A stretch of 64,000 bases of DNA from Patescibacteria group bacterium (GCA_041666325.1 JBAYHC010000003.1:95102-159101), one strand, 5' to 3'; shown: positions 45,189 through 54,289, counted from the stretch's first letter. Translations and numbers: made by a program. Notes: generated by a model not told the origin, from the sequence alone.

Positions 45189-45380
45189 TTATCTCCTTCC
45201 GCTCTCGGCGCGTTTCCCGGCTTCAATCAGCTCTTTCACCCTCTGGCCGCCCTTTGCGCCGCCCTTCCGACCGATCTCTTCATAGAAATCTCGACCGTGG
45301 GTCTTACTCGTTCGCTCTCCGCCCTTTCGGCCAGCTTCTTTTACCGACATTTCACCAGACATATTGTTTTCTCTTTTCAT
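45189..45380 (-). CDS. KGG-repeat stress-induced small protein (YciG/GsiB-like), paralog 1
   Basis: AAGGAG RBS. Encodes MKRENNMSGEMSVKEAGRKGGERTSK...GRKGGAKGG...; KGG motifs are typical of general-stress proteins. Confidence 0.6.
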   Translation of the reverse strand: MKRENNMSGEMSVKEAGRKGGERTSKTHGRDFYEEIGRKGGAKGGQRVKELIEAGKRAESGRR

Positions 45381-45493
45381 CTTTCTCCTTCATTTTAACT
45401 CCCCCTACCATTGTAAATGACTTCTCATATAGGGCTAGTTTTTGTTATAAAAATTGACCACTCCCCTTCATGCGTTTATCCGTTAAGGAAATA

Positions 45494-46996
45494 TCATCTC
45501 CGAGCGAACAGAATAGCGTTTGGCATGTTTCTACCTGGCCCGAGCTTGTACTCATCATCATAAATCAATGCAGTCGTCCCTCCTCCGTCTAGAGCCATTG
45601 CATTATCAACACCAAGAGAGGTCATGATCGCAGCCATATCGACAACCGTTACATCTGACCCAACTACCGCATACAGTGTCTCGCCCCGAAGACCTAGTGC
45701 TCCCCATTTTATTTTGTGGTTCCTCTGCTTCTCGTCCAAAGCGTCAACATTCAAAATATTCTGACCGTTCTCAACCAGCGCCGGTTTAGAATTAATCCCT
45801 GCATAAATCGGAAACCCCGAAGTTTTGAAATCGGTCCACCTTGTAAAATATCGAGGGTGACCGCCAGAATCGAAAGCAAGGAAATGATCATTCTCCCCCA
45901 GGCCGTTATTCTCATTGATCATTTTACCCAAGCGCGAATTGTAAACCTTCCAGAAAAAATAATTGATACTACTTTGGCATGAATCGTAGTCGGGCGGACA
46001 AAAATATGCACCGGTCAGACCAGCAAAGGCACCGTTTTCCCGAGCGAATTCACTCAACGCTTTTGCTGAACAATTATTGGCACACTCACTATTTTCGGCA
46101 GTGTCTGTAATCACCCGGATGCTGCCGCTAGCAAGATCAAATGTCATCATGTCCACACCAAACTCGCCGCGTGAAGTCCGAAGAGTCCCAGACCCATAAG
46201 AAGAATGTTCTCGTTGTTGTGTTCGTTGCTGGGCGGGCCTGGCAGTTGGGACATTATATGAAATGTCTAAGACCTTCTCCTTCCCGGCACTAATCTCCAC
46301 CTTTCTCTGAAATAGAATACTGCCAGACGATGAACCAATGATAGCCTTGTACTCACCGCCTTTGATGTTAACTGAATAATTGCCCTCATGATCGATATTA
46401 GTGTCCGCGACTTTTTCGTCGCCATTATAAATTTCAATTTTTCCCTCAACAACCGCTTTTGAGTTTATGGCAACGTGCCCCCTGATCGTTCCTCGCTGCC
46501 TGGCTTCTTCCTCCGCTGCTTCCCTGCGCCTCTCTTCCTCCTCTCTGGCAAGCCGCTCCGCCTCCTCTTTTGCTTTGATGCGGTTAAGTAAATCCGAATC
46601 TATCAGTGCAACGACAGCATTGGCCTCCGCATACTCTCCATTAATTATATGCGTCCTGACTTGTGCTTTCTGTTGTTCGAGATCTTCTACCGCAATCCCC
46701 CTGTCCTTGCCGCGCTTTATTGCGCCTGAGATATTCGCATATCTCCGGACAGAAAGGGAAGATCGCATCTCCGAAATTGTTATCTCTTCGTTTGATGGAC
46801 CATTCTGTTCTGCTTTGATAACTTCAACAAATGCAAACGGCAGAGAGACAAGCACTAGCAAGACCAGAAATATGGAAAGCATGTACCCTGGCCTCCTCCT
46901 TAATATCCTGTATCTAACCAATCTCATCATGGCTCCAACCAACTTAGCGAATAGCAACTGATTATATCGTCTTTGGTTTTGGCTAACGGAGAACAT
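45494..46996 (-). CDS. membrane-anchored phosphodiester glycosidase family protein (DUF2233/NAGPA-like)
   Basis: N-terminal TM, central coiled-coil and beta domain, and a C-terminal ...ALDGGGTTALIYDD... signature of the phosphodiester glycosidase family. Confidence 0.55.
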   Translation of the reverse strand: MFSVSQNQRRYNQLLFAKLVGAMMRLVRYRILRRRPGYMLSIFLVLLVLVSLPFAFVEVIKAEQNGPSNEEITISEMRSSLSVRRYANISGAIKRGKDRGIAVEDLEQQKAQVRTHIINGEYAEANAVVALIDSDLLNRIKAKEEAERLAREEEERRREAAEEEARQRGTIRGHVAINSKAVVEGKIEIYNGDEKVADTNIDHEGNYSVNIKGGEYKAIIGSSSGSILFQRKVEISAGKEKVLDISYNVPTARPAQQRTQQREHSSYGSGTLRTSRGEFGVDMMTFDLASGSIRVITDTAENSECANNCSAKALSEFARENGAFAGLTGAYFCPPDYDSCQSSINYFFWKVYNSRLGKMINENNGLGENDHFLAFDSGGHPRYFTRWTDFKTSGFPIYAGINSKPALVENGQNILNVDALDEKQRNHKIKWGALGLRGETLYAVVGSDVTVVDMAAIMTSLGVDNAMALDGGGTTALIYDDEYKLGPGRNMPNAILFARR

Positions 46997-47119
46997 TTCG
47001 CCTTTAGGGGGATAGAAATATATTAAAGGCCAGAATTATCACTCTGAAAGATATTTGTTAAAACAAAAAAGCCCCGGTGGTTCAGGCCGGGGCCCAGTCT
47101 TATGACTTAGAAACATTTC

Positions 47120-47920
47120 TTACATCGGCTTCGCAATGAACATGGTGTAGTACTGACCATGCACGCCTATTCCAACCTCCTGACCAAATGAGGCAAGAAT
47201 ATTAGCACGATGTCCAGCACTATTCATCCACGCTCTAACCAGCCCATCATCACTACCGAAATCACCCATCGCCAGATTGGCGCCAGCATTGGAATATTTG
47301 TAGCCAACACTGTTGAGGAACGACCAGTCTGTCGTTCCGTCTGGAGCGGTATGAGCAAAGTAGTTTTTCTCAGCCATATGCCTAGATTTGGCGCTTGCGG
47401 CCTGATTTAGACCCGTGTTTCCACGAACTTCAGACAGTCCGTTAGTGCGCCTCTCCGCATTGATAAGGCTGATTATATGGTCAACCTGATTGTTTGAGGA
47501 CACAGGAACAGAAGTCGGGACTGATGGCACGACAACAGCTGGAGCGGGAGTATCAACCGGCGCAGCAGGCGCAGCAGCTACTGGCGCAGGTGCCGGGGTT
47601 TCAAACCGCACCACAGGCTTCGACTGAACAGGCTTCACTGTTGCTTTCGAAGCAGGAATGACATACCGATAACGAACCTTCACCGCCTTGCCGTTACGGT
47701 AAACTATTTTCGTCCTCCAATACACCTGATTTGCCAGTACTCTTTTCGCAGATTTCTTCTTCGTTTTCTTAGCAGCAACCACGCTCTTCTTGGTGGACTT
47801 CTTAGAACTGCCGACACTTTTCGTTTGTGCACTTGCACTTTGTGTTGACAATGCAACGATCAAGAAAAGAAGCAGGACATATGAAAAAAGCTTTTTCCAC
47901 AAAGGGAAATTTCCTTTCAT
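47120..47920 (-). CDS. CAP/SCP-domain secreted protein (YkwD-like)
   Basis: Signal peptide, a K/S/A-rich spacer, and a C-terminal CAP domain (HIISLINAERRTNGL...HRANIL...YYTMFIAK). Confidence 0.75.
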   Translation of the reverse strand: MKGNFPLWKKLFSYVLLLFLIVALSTQSASAQTKSVGSSKKSTKKSVVAAKKTKKKSAKRVLANQVYWRTKIVYRNGKAVKVRYRYVIPASKATVKPVQSKPVVRFETPAPAPVAAAPAAPVDTPAPAVVVPSVPTSVPVSSNNQVDHIISLINAERRTNGLSEVRGNTGLNQAASAKSRHMAEKNYFAHTAPDGTTDWSFLNSVGYKYSNAGANLAMGDFGSDDGLVRAWMNSAGHRANILASFGQEVGIGVHGQYYTMFIAKPM

Positions 47921-48279
47921 ACTTTCTCCTTTAAAAAAATATACCTATCTCTTGTTCTTGCCGGCTTGACACACTTTGAGATGGTCATGTGTGATTATAA
48001 CACTCAATTGGAGCAATCAAGCGTTTTGCCCATCCTTCCCCCACTCTTTCAGTTGCAGATTATGTCTTTAGTAAATATCATCTCTAATAGACCATTATCA
48101 GCCTATGAATGCGACTAAAATCAATCTAGAAATGGCAAAATAATTATTTCTTCGCTCTGGTAAAAGCACCTAAAAAAACAAATATTTTTTCTTGTCCGTG
48201 CAATTCTTGCAACAACACACTGGGACCGCAATTCCAAGGACAATCTATTGACTCTTAGAGTCTGAGTGGTACTATCTAG

Positions 48280-48500
48280 TTACGCTTGGCTAGATAAAAC
48301 CGACACGTAGTGCCTGGGATACCAAGGGAAGGCCTGCTGGAGAGCCAAAAGCAGGCGGGTAATCCCTCTGGGTCCAAGGAGTGTCGGGCCTGCCTGAATT
48401 CGGGCGGGTAAAACAAAAAGGAGATTCGCCGCTCTGCACAGGGTGGCATGACGCCAGGTAGTCAAGCGGTTTCGCGGCGGGGGGACGTTGCCCCCGCCTT
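48280..48500 (+). ncRNA. GC-rich structured non-coding region upstream of the reverse transcriptase (candidate RT-associated ncRNA)
   Basis: No ORF of 60 aa or more. Nested hairpins: CCGACAC...GTGTCGG enclosing GGGAAGGCCUGC-(13 nt)-GCAGGCGGGUAAUCCC. Internal ~50-nt diverged direct repeats. Ends in the terminator hairpin GGCGGGGG-GACGTTG-CCCCCGCC plus T-run at 48466-48496, 30 nt before the RT ATG. Confidence 0.35.
48466..48496 (+). terminator. intrinsic terminator between the structured RNA and the RT start
   Basis: 8-bp GC stem GGCGGGGG/CCCCCGCC with a 7-nt loop, followed by TTCTTTTGTG. Confidence 0.55.
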
Positions 48501-48528
48501 CTTTTGTGAAAAGAGGGGGTGAGCGAAA

Positions 48529-49839
48529 ATGAACGGTTTGTCGCGGCGTCTCTTCTGGGGAGCGCGAGAACTTGAAGAACTATTGTGGATGTTTGACTTC
48601 AAGCTATTTCTTAAGCGACACAAGATTACTCTCGAGCGGAATATCGCCGGTATCCTCAAAGACGGTGTCGAGAACCACTACACCATCAGGCCCAAACCGA
48701 AGAAAAGCGGCGGATACCGCCTAACCTGGGAACCGGACCGGACGCTTTGGGCCTATCAGAAAATGATCTTGGAGATCATTTTGTATCGAGTCGCGCCATC
48801 ACCGGTTGCTCATGGCGGAGTACCCGGAAGAAGCATCTCGACGTGTTTGGATTCGATGCTTGACGCCAAATCAGTTTTTCATGTTGATTTGAAAAACGCC
48901 TTTGAGTCTGTCAGCTTCAGTCAAACTCTCGGACTTAGGACCGATCTTCGGTATGAGCCGCGCTCTGCCTGGGTCAGGGGCTTCGATGTTCGCGTTCCCG
49001 TGATGGAGGCGATCATCGCCCTGTGCGAGATAAAACGCATGACTGCGCACGGATGGTATGAGAACGCATTTTTACCGCAAGGCGCACCAACATCACAGCA
49101 CCTCTTTACGCTTGCACTCTATCCAGTGCATCGGCGGCTCGCCAGACTGACCAGGAACAGAACCGTTCAGTATGGAGATGATTTCTTCCTTCTGTCTCCT
49201 GAGCCATCGATCCCACCCAAGGTGCGGCGCGCCTTCGTTCGCACAATCGAACGTCACGGCCGACTTGAGATCAACTCAAGCAAAACCTACTATCTTACAG
49301 ACACCGGCACAGAGAACAATCCAGTGAGAGGACTTGGAGCAAATATCATTCGCGGCACAGCTCGTCTCCGTCCTCGCCATTTGCATCAACTGCGCATGGA
49401 CATGTACTGTGCAATCCAGGCCGGTGATGAAGCAAAAATTGCCGGCACCAGAGGTTTTGTTAGCCAGATCTATCGCGGTCAACCATGGCCGTCGCAGCTT
49501 GCCCTTATCAAGCCCGACGACTGGGACGACAGGGAACTGGGTGCGGCAAGACACTCAAAGCTGTCTCTGAGTGTCAACATCGGTGACATATTCAACTATC
49601 AGATTGTCTCGAAAACACCGCCCCCGGATATTTGCAAACAAATTTATCCACTCGATATCGAACGCCGAAAGAGAACTTTCGAAACAGACGGGGTTGCCCT
49701 AACTGCCGCAGACCAGGATTTTCTGGGACGATTGTCGGAAGGAGATGTTGAGCCAGAAGAACCTGAATTTGATTCTTTTGCCCCGCCTCTTTTTGACGCT
49801 TGGGGCGAACACATCGTTGGCGAGAACGGCTACTACTAG
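48529..49839 (+). CDS. reverse transcriptase, retron-type (stand-alone RT with ~150-aa C-terminal extension)
   Basis: Motif 1-2 YTIRPKPKKSGGYRLTWEP; motif A HVDLKNAFESV; motif B LPQGAPTSQHLF; motif C VQYGDDFFL; thumb xVRGLxxNI. No maturase/X or endonuclease domain. GAGGGGG RBS. Confidence 0.85.
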   Translation: MNGLSRRLFWGARELEELLWMFDFKLFLKRHKITLERNIAGILKDGVENHYTIRPKPKKSGGYRLTWEPDRTLWAYQKMILEIILYRVAPSPVAHGGVPGRSISTCLDSMLDAKSVFHVDLKNAFESVSFSQTLGLRTDLRYEPRSAWVRGFDVRVPVMEAIIALCEIKRMTAHGWYENAFLPQGAPTSQHLFTLALYPVHRRLARLTRNRTVQYGDDFFLLSPEPSIPPKVRRAFVRTIERHGRLEINSSKTYYLTDTGTENNPVRGLGANIIRGTARLRPRHLHQLRMDMYCAIQAGDEAKIAGTRGFVSQIYRGQPWPSQLALIKPDDWDDRELGAARHSKLSLSVNIGDIFNYQIVSKTPPPDICKQIYPLDIERRKRTFETDGVALTAADQDFLGRLSEGDVEPEEPEFDSFAPPLFDAWGEHIVGENGYY

Positions 49840-49959
49840 TCGACTCGCCATTTTTTTGCTCACAAGATCCCGGGCACGAAAATTTCCACACTAGCAAGGC
49901 ACGACATTACTTGTTAGAATAAACAATGATATTCTCTCATTGCTTTATAAGACAAGGAA

Positions 49960-51558
49960 TTGAACATGGAACCAGAGGTAAATCTCTCATTATCAGACAG
50001 AACATTTAGATTTCTTGAGCAATATTCGGCTTATGCCAATGCCCCCAGACGGGACATTCGCGGTGTCAGCGACAAGACTTTTCAATCTGCCCTGATCTAC
50101 GAAAAATTCAGAACGGCGCTCGAGTACCAAGAAGAGCATCTGATTTTTAAAAATGCTATTTCTCGCATTGTTAGACGAAAGTATGTGCTAGCGCCCTCCA
50201 TTTCTGCAACGAACTTATTCAATGACTTAGTCAGTGAACTCTCTTGGTCTAATTACCTCAACCCCGAAACGCTCCAAACAGAAGAACGCCACCGCATTAT
50301 CGCCATCCTTGAGCGCTACCTGATACTACTCCAAGAAATGAAGTCTGCACGGGCCAATAAGATGGAAGTACAAAAAATCGTCATCGAGTGGCTCGCCTGC
50401 GAAATCAATGAGGTTTTTACCCCTCTCCACGAAAACGATCTGCTCATCGACTATGCTTACGAGGCACTCAAAGACAATCTAAAGACTGAGGGCACAGCGA
50501 TATCACCAGAGGAAAACGAACTTCAGCTCAAAATTGCAATCCATACCCTGGTACTGAAACCCGATATTGCGTTGCTCCAATACTGGACAATCAAACGCCT
50601 TTATTCAAATTGGCAAACAATGACTGTGGAGGAAACAAAGAGTTTTGCACGCAGCTTTGACCCGTATTTTAACAAAGTCGAACAAGCAATCAACCACCCC
50701 CTGAAAACAAGATATTACCAGTACATCAAGCGTAACATCGCACCATTTATTCTCTTGCGCAGCCTTTTCATTGCAAAATCGCCCACTGCCACCCAATTCA
50801 AGGCTAATCCCTCCTCCCTCCGCAGCTCTCTCATGTCAGTCTACGACTCTCTCATCGAGGAGGGCCGCAAGAAGGTCTGGCGCGGAACCATCCGGGCTCT
50901 CATCTTCATCTGCATGACGAAACTCTCTCTGGCATTGATTATAGAAGCCCCAATCGATCGATACCTGGCCGGTGAAGTTGATTATCTATCGCTTACAATC
51001 AACCTGACCCTACCAATCCTACTCATGCTTTTCTCCGGCACCTTCGTCAAATCGCCCCCAGCAAAAAACAGACTTGTCGTATCCGAGGCAATCTCGAACC
51101 TAATGATAAAAGACAAGATCAGCGACAAACCATTCCATCTAACCAAGTCTCGCGAAAGCTCGTCAGAAAATGCATTTAACACTGTCTACTCTTTGTTTAC
51201 GGTCGTCATACTGGTTGGAGTAATTTGGTTTCTGCGCTATCTTCATTTTAACCTGGTGAGCATTGTATTGTTTTTCCTCTTTGTCTCAGCAGTATCCTTC
51301 TTCTCATTCCGCATCCGCAACATTGCACTGGAGCTAGCCATGAAACGATCCCGCGACGACGCACTAACCTCCACGCTAGAATTCATCTTTTTGCCCTTTA
51401 TCAGAATCGGAAAAGCCATCTCCGAAAGGCTTGCCAGAGCTAATCCGTTCATCCTTGCTCTCGACTTTTTGATTGAGGCCCCGCTTAAATCTATCATAAA
51501 AATTATGAACTCGTGGTGGCGTTTCCTCAGTTCAAAAAAAGAAGAGCTCGAGGTCTAA
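49960..51558 (+). CDS. membrane protein, 532 aa (soluble N-terminal ~300 aa plus 4 C-terminal TM helices); candidate RT-system partner
   Basis: No recognisable domain. AT-rich compared with the RT. TM helices at roughly 300-330, 345-365, 400-425 and 430-450. Confidence 0.55.
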   Translation: MNMEPEVNLSLSDRTFRFLEQYSAYANAPRRDIRGVSDKTFQSALIYEKFRTALEYQEEHLIFKNAISRIVRRKYVLAPSISATNLFNDLVSELSWSNYLNPETLQTEERHRIIAILERYLILLQEMKSARANKMEVQKIVIEWLACEINEVFTPLHENDLLIDYAYEALKDNLKTEGTAISPEENELQLKIAIHTLVLKPDIALLQYWTIKRLYSNWQTMTVEETKSFARSFDPYFNKVEQAINHPLKTRYYQYIKRNIAPFILLRSLFIAKSPTATQFKANPSSLRSSLMSVYDSLIEEGRKKVWRGTIRALIFICMTKLSLALIIEAPIDRYLAGEVDYLSLTINLTLPILLMLFSGTFVKSPPAKNRLVVSEAISNLMIKDKISDKPFHLTKSRESSSENAFNTVYSLFTVVILVGVIWFLRYLHFNLVSIVLFFLFVSAVSFFSFRIRNIALELAMKRSRDDALTSTLEFIFLPFIRIGKAISERLARANPFILALDFLIEAPLKSIIKIMNSWWRFLSSKKEELEV

Positions 51559-51572
51559 CTTTCAGGTAGCCC

Positions 51573-51869
51573 TTATCTCAGCTTTTGCAGTTCAGCAAAG
51601 CCCCTTCTTTGATTTTCAATCGCAAGTCTAATACACTCCTTTGGATCATAGCCCAAGTTGCCGGAACAACGAATAGAGCTAAAAATGATATTGCCTAGTT
51701 CTTTTTGCAGTTCGGCATCAGTGTGAACACTACCATCCTTCGAGGCATTTCGCTCCCACCGGCAGATATCACCAAAAATTTTCCCAAGCCGAACGATGAT
51801 CTGCGGCAGCGTCATCTTCTCGTCTTCCCAAATCTCTCGCCCGGTTTTTAATAGTTTTCCTATGGTCAT
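51573..51869 (-). CDS. MazG-like nucleotide pyrophosphohydrolase domain protein
   Basis: 98 aa, MTIGKLLKTGREIWEDEKMTLPQIIVRLGKIFGDICRWERN..., an all-alpha EExx(E/D) MazG-type fold. GGAGG RBS. Confidence 0.55.
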   Translation of the reverse strand: MTIGKLLKTGREIWEDEKMTLPQIIVRLGKIFGDICRWERNASKDGSVHTDAELQKELGNIIFSSIRCSGNLGYDPKECIRLAIENQRRGFAELQKLR

Positions 51870-51953
51870 TTTTCCTCCTGAAACTACACTTATTTGTTGA
51901 CATAAAACAATAAGATTGTTACAACTAACTGCCAGAGTCCGAAAGGGGGACAA

Positions 51954-52487
51954 ATGAATTCAGACAAAGGCAGGGATCTTCTGGTACAGGCCCGCCAATC
52001 ATTCTTGCGAGGACAGATTACACCAGAATCGGCGAACAGAATCATCGACGATTTAATTCTGGTCAACGCCCATTCTCCGCAGAAAGAAATCGTGTTGTGG
52101 CTCGATTCTATCGGCGGCGACAGTGAATCAGCCTTCAAGATTTGCAACACGATAAAAGCCATATCATCGCCAGTGACCGCCAAGGTTATTGGCCAAGCTA
52201 ACTCGTCTGCTTTTCTTGTTCTGCAGTATTGCAATAAACGAGAAGCCGGGCAACTTGCCACTCTTATGCTTCACACTATTTCTCGGAAAAATGTTGAACT
52301 TAAGGATATTCGCGAGAGAGGGCTGAGGGCGCTCGAAGAAACAGAGCGACTACAAGAAATTTATGAACAAATTATCTCCGCAAGATCCGGTCAAGCGAAG
52401 GAAGAAGTTGCTCGCTTATGTATGGAAGGCAGGATAATGTCTGCCACCGAAGCTCTCTCGCTTGGCTTCTTGGATGAGATCTACTAA
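51954..52487 (+). CDS. ClpP-family (S14) serine peptidase-like protein
   Basis: IVLWLDSIGGDSESAFKICNTIKAISSPVTAKVIGQANSSAFLVLQYC matches the ClpP core (I.L.INSPGG...G.A.S.G..L). 177 aa, shorter than canonical ClpP. GGGGGA RBS. Confidence 0.55.
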   Translation: MNSDKGRDLLVQARQSFLRGQITPESANRIIDDLILVNAHSPQKEIVLWLDSIGGDSESAFKICNTIKAISSPVTAKVIGQANSSAFLVLQYCNKREAGQLATLMLHTISRKNVELKDIRERGLRALEETERLQEIYEQIISARSGQAKEEVARLCMEGRIMSATEALSLGFLDEIY

Positions 52488-52519
52488 TTGTCCGATACGG
52501 CCGCCCTGGCCGTATTTTC

Positions 52520-54289
52520 CTACCAACTTCCACCGCCCCCACCCCCAAATCCTCCACCCGAACCACCACCAGAAAAACCACTTCCTCCACTCGCTGCCGA
52601 AGATGGTGCAGCAGCAAACGCACCCTTGGCCGAGGCCGAAAAATCGTTCATACTATTTGTGAAAATAATCGGATTGAATGCTCTCATGCTCGGGTCAGAG
52701 TACCATTGAGGCGGTTGCTTATAAATGTCCTCAAACTGCTTTGCCCAAGCCTTCTCGACACCCAAAGCCATGGCAAATGGAAGCAACTTTTCAAAACGTT
52801 CGGGATTTTTCTCAGGTGCGTTATGAAATTTGATTCTATCCTTCTCTGCTACCTCAAGATAACTCTTCAAGCCCAAGATGTATTCTTTTGCCTCAACGCC
52901 CTTGGCTGTCTTTGCCGGCATGAAGTAACCGATAATTCCTATAGCCAAAGCGGAGATAGCAAAGCTGGCCAGATACAATGTCCCGAGATCAATCAAAATT
53001 ATTCCCAAAAGTAAGACAAAGAAAGCGATACCCAGATAAATCCACCTCGTGGTTTGCGGGCTCCGGGAAAAATACCCTTTGTCGACAGTGCTTTTGTAGG
53101 CCGCGCTAACAATTGCCTGCCAATCCTTGTGAAACTTATATTTTAGATCGGAGAGCAAGACACTCTCTTTGCCGCCCTCAAACAAACTATCAAAAAACTT
53201 TTTCTCGACGCTACTCTTCAGATCACTGCCATCTTTTAGTTTGAGAAACTTGTAGTCAGTCGACTTCAATAGCTTGCCGTCTTTCTCAACTCGAGAAATC
53301 TTAACATAACCGGCAACGGCAAGTCCGATGAGAACGGCAGAAATATCCTTTGAGTCCGCTCTCTCATCCACAAGAATGCCGATCTCTGCTGGCGTTAGCC
53401 CTGGCGGAGCGTCGTATTGAGGTACGATTGTGTCTCGTCCCTTCGCATCCCGTCCAAATTTTCTCCAACGATAGAGCATAAAAAGTGAGACAATAATCGG
53501 CAAAGCCAAGACTACATTATCCTTCGTTGTCTCACCCGCTTTTTGCCAAAATGACGGCTCGGCAACGACGTGCTTGGGAAATCCTGCCACCACAGTGAAC
53601 GCCTGTCCTGGCGCTAATTCCCCGTTAGAAAAATCGATATGGTCAGTCATCTGGTCGTCGCTATACCCGACCATCCAACCGCCGCATTTATCTGTGCTAC
53701 CGAATTCCCCCTTGAAACAAGTCGCGCTGATACTGCTCTTGTTAATTTTCTTGGGCAGAATGATGCTGGCCTCAGCTTTTTCAATTGTTACATCCCACTT
53801 ATCCCCCACAACATTCCAGTAAATCTCATCTTGGTCATCAGAGTAATTAACGGCTCGATTAACGGTGTACTCGACCGTGTAAACCTGACGACCACTGAAA
53901 ACTCTACTCTCGTCGCCGATCATTATCTTGCGATAAGACCCATCATTAGAAACTTGAAATGGCAGCGCATCACCGTTCTGATTGCTCACCCGGATATCGC
54001 TAATCCTCAAGTTGTAGCTTCCACCCCTTGCCTTGTATCTATACGGCAGAGTTCGATAGATTCCATGCCTCCTGTTTTCGGCAAAATCGTAGTCGATCCG
54101 CTCCTTAACTCGAAGCGACGAATCAGCACTGAGCACGATGTCCGATCTAATACTCCTAACCTTCTCCTGAAAATAATACGGTACATCTTCGGCGCGAGCA
54201 CCTCGTGGAGCCAGTAGAACAAGAAAAAATACCCCACAAACAAGGACTGCCAAGATCCTAATCGCATTAGCACGAAACGTTGCATGCAT
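52520..54289 (-). CDS. DUF2207 domain membrane protein with Gly-rich C-terminus
   Basis: Signal/TM, a DUF2207-like extracellular domain (DVPYYFQEKVRSI...LRVKERIDYDF), 2 TM helices and a C-terminal GGSGFSGGGSGGGFGGGGGGSW tail. Confidence 0.7.
   Translation of the reverse strand: MHATFRANAIRILAVLVCGVFFLVLLAPRGARAEDVPYYFQEKVRSIRSDIVLSADSSLRVKERIDYDFAENRRHGIYRTLPYRYKARGGSYNLRISDIRVSNQNGDALPFQVSNDGSYRKIMIGDESRVFSGRQVYTVEYTVNRAVNYSDDQDEIYWNVVGDKWDVTIEKAEASIILPKKINKSSISATCFKGEFGSTDKCGGWMVGYSDDQMTDHIDFSNGELAPGQAFTVVAGFPKHVVAEPSFWQKAGETTKDNVVLALPIIVSLFMLYRWRKFGRDAKGRDTIVPQYDAPPGLTPAEIGILVDERADSKDISAVLIGLAVAGYVKISRVEKDGKLLKSTDYKFLKLKDGSDLKSSVEKKFFDSLFEGGKESVLLSDLKYKFHKDWQAIVSAAYKSTVDKGYFSRSPQTTRWIYLGIAFFVLLLGIILIDLGTLYLASFAISALAIGIIGYFMPAKTAKGVEAKEYILGLKSYLEVAEKDRIKFHNAPEKNPERFEKLLPFAMALGVEKAWAKQFEDIYKQPPQWYSDPSMRAFNPIIFTNSMNDFSASAKGAFAAAPSSAASGGSGFSGGGSGGGFGGGGGGSW

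Noticed and set aside
45040-45457. Three overlapping plus-strand ORFs (81-124 aa)
   Set aside because: Generated by the direct DNA repeat. They are antisense to the KGG genes, and their translations are Pro/Ser/Leu low complexity.
48529-49839. Group II intron-encoded RT
   Set aside because: No maturase (X) or endonuclease domain, and no domain V (GAGC...GAAA...ACGGUUC) hairpin downstream of the ORF.
48250-49960. Diversity-generating retroelement (template repeat near the RT)
   Set aside because: The SQ residue in motif B hints at DGR, but QG rather than (I/L)G, the retron-like thumb, the absence of an adjacent Avd gene and the absence of any detectable TR/VR repeat pair argue against it.
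52488-52709. 73-aa Pro-rich plus-strand ORF
   Set aside because: Antisense to the Gly-rich C-terminus of the DUF2207 gene (GGN/NCC periodicity artefact).
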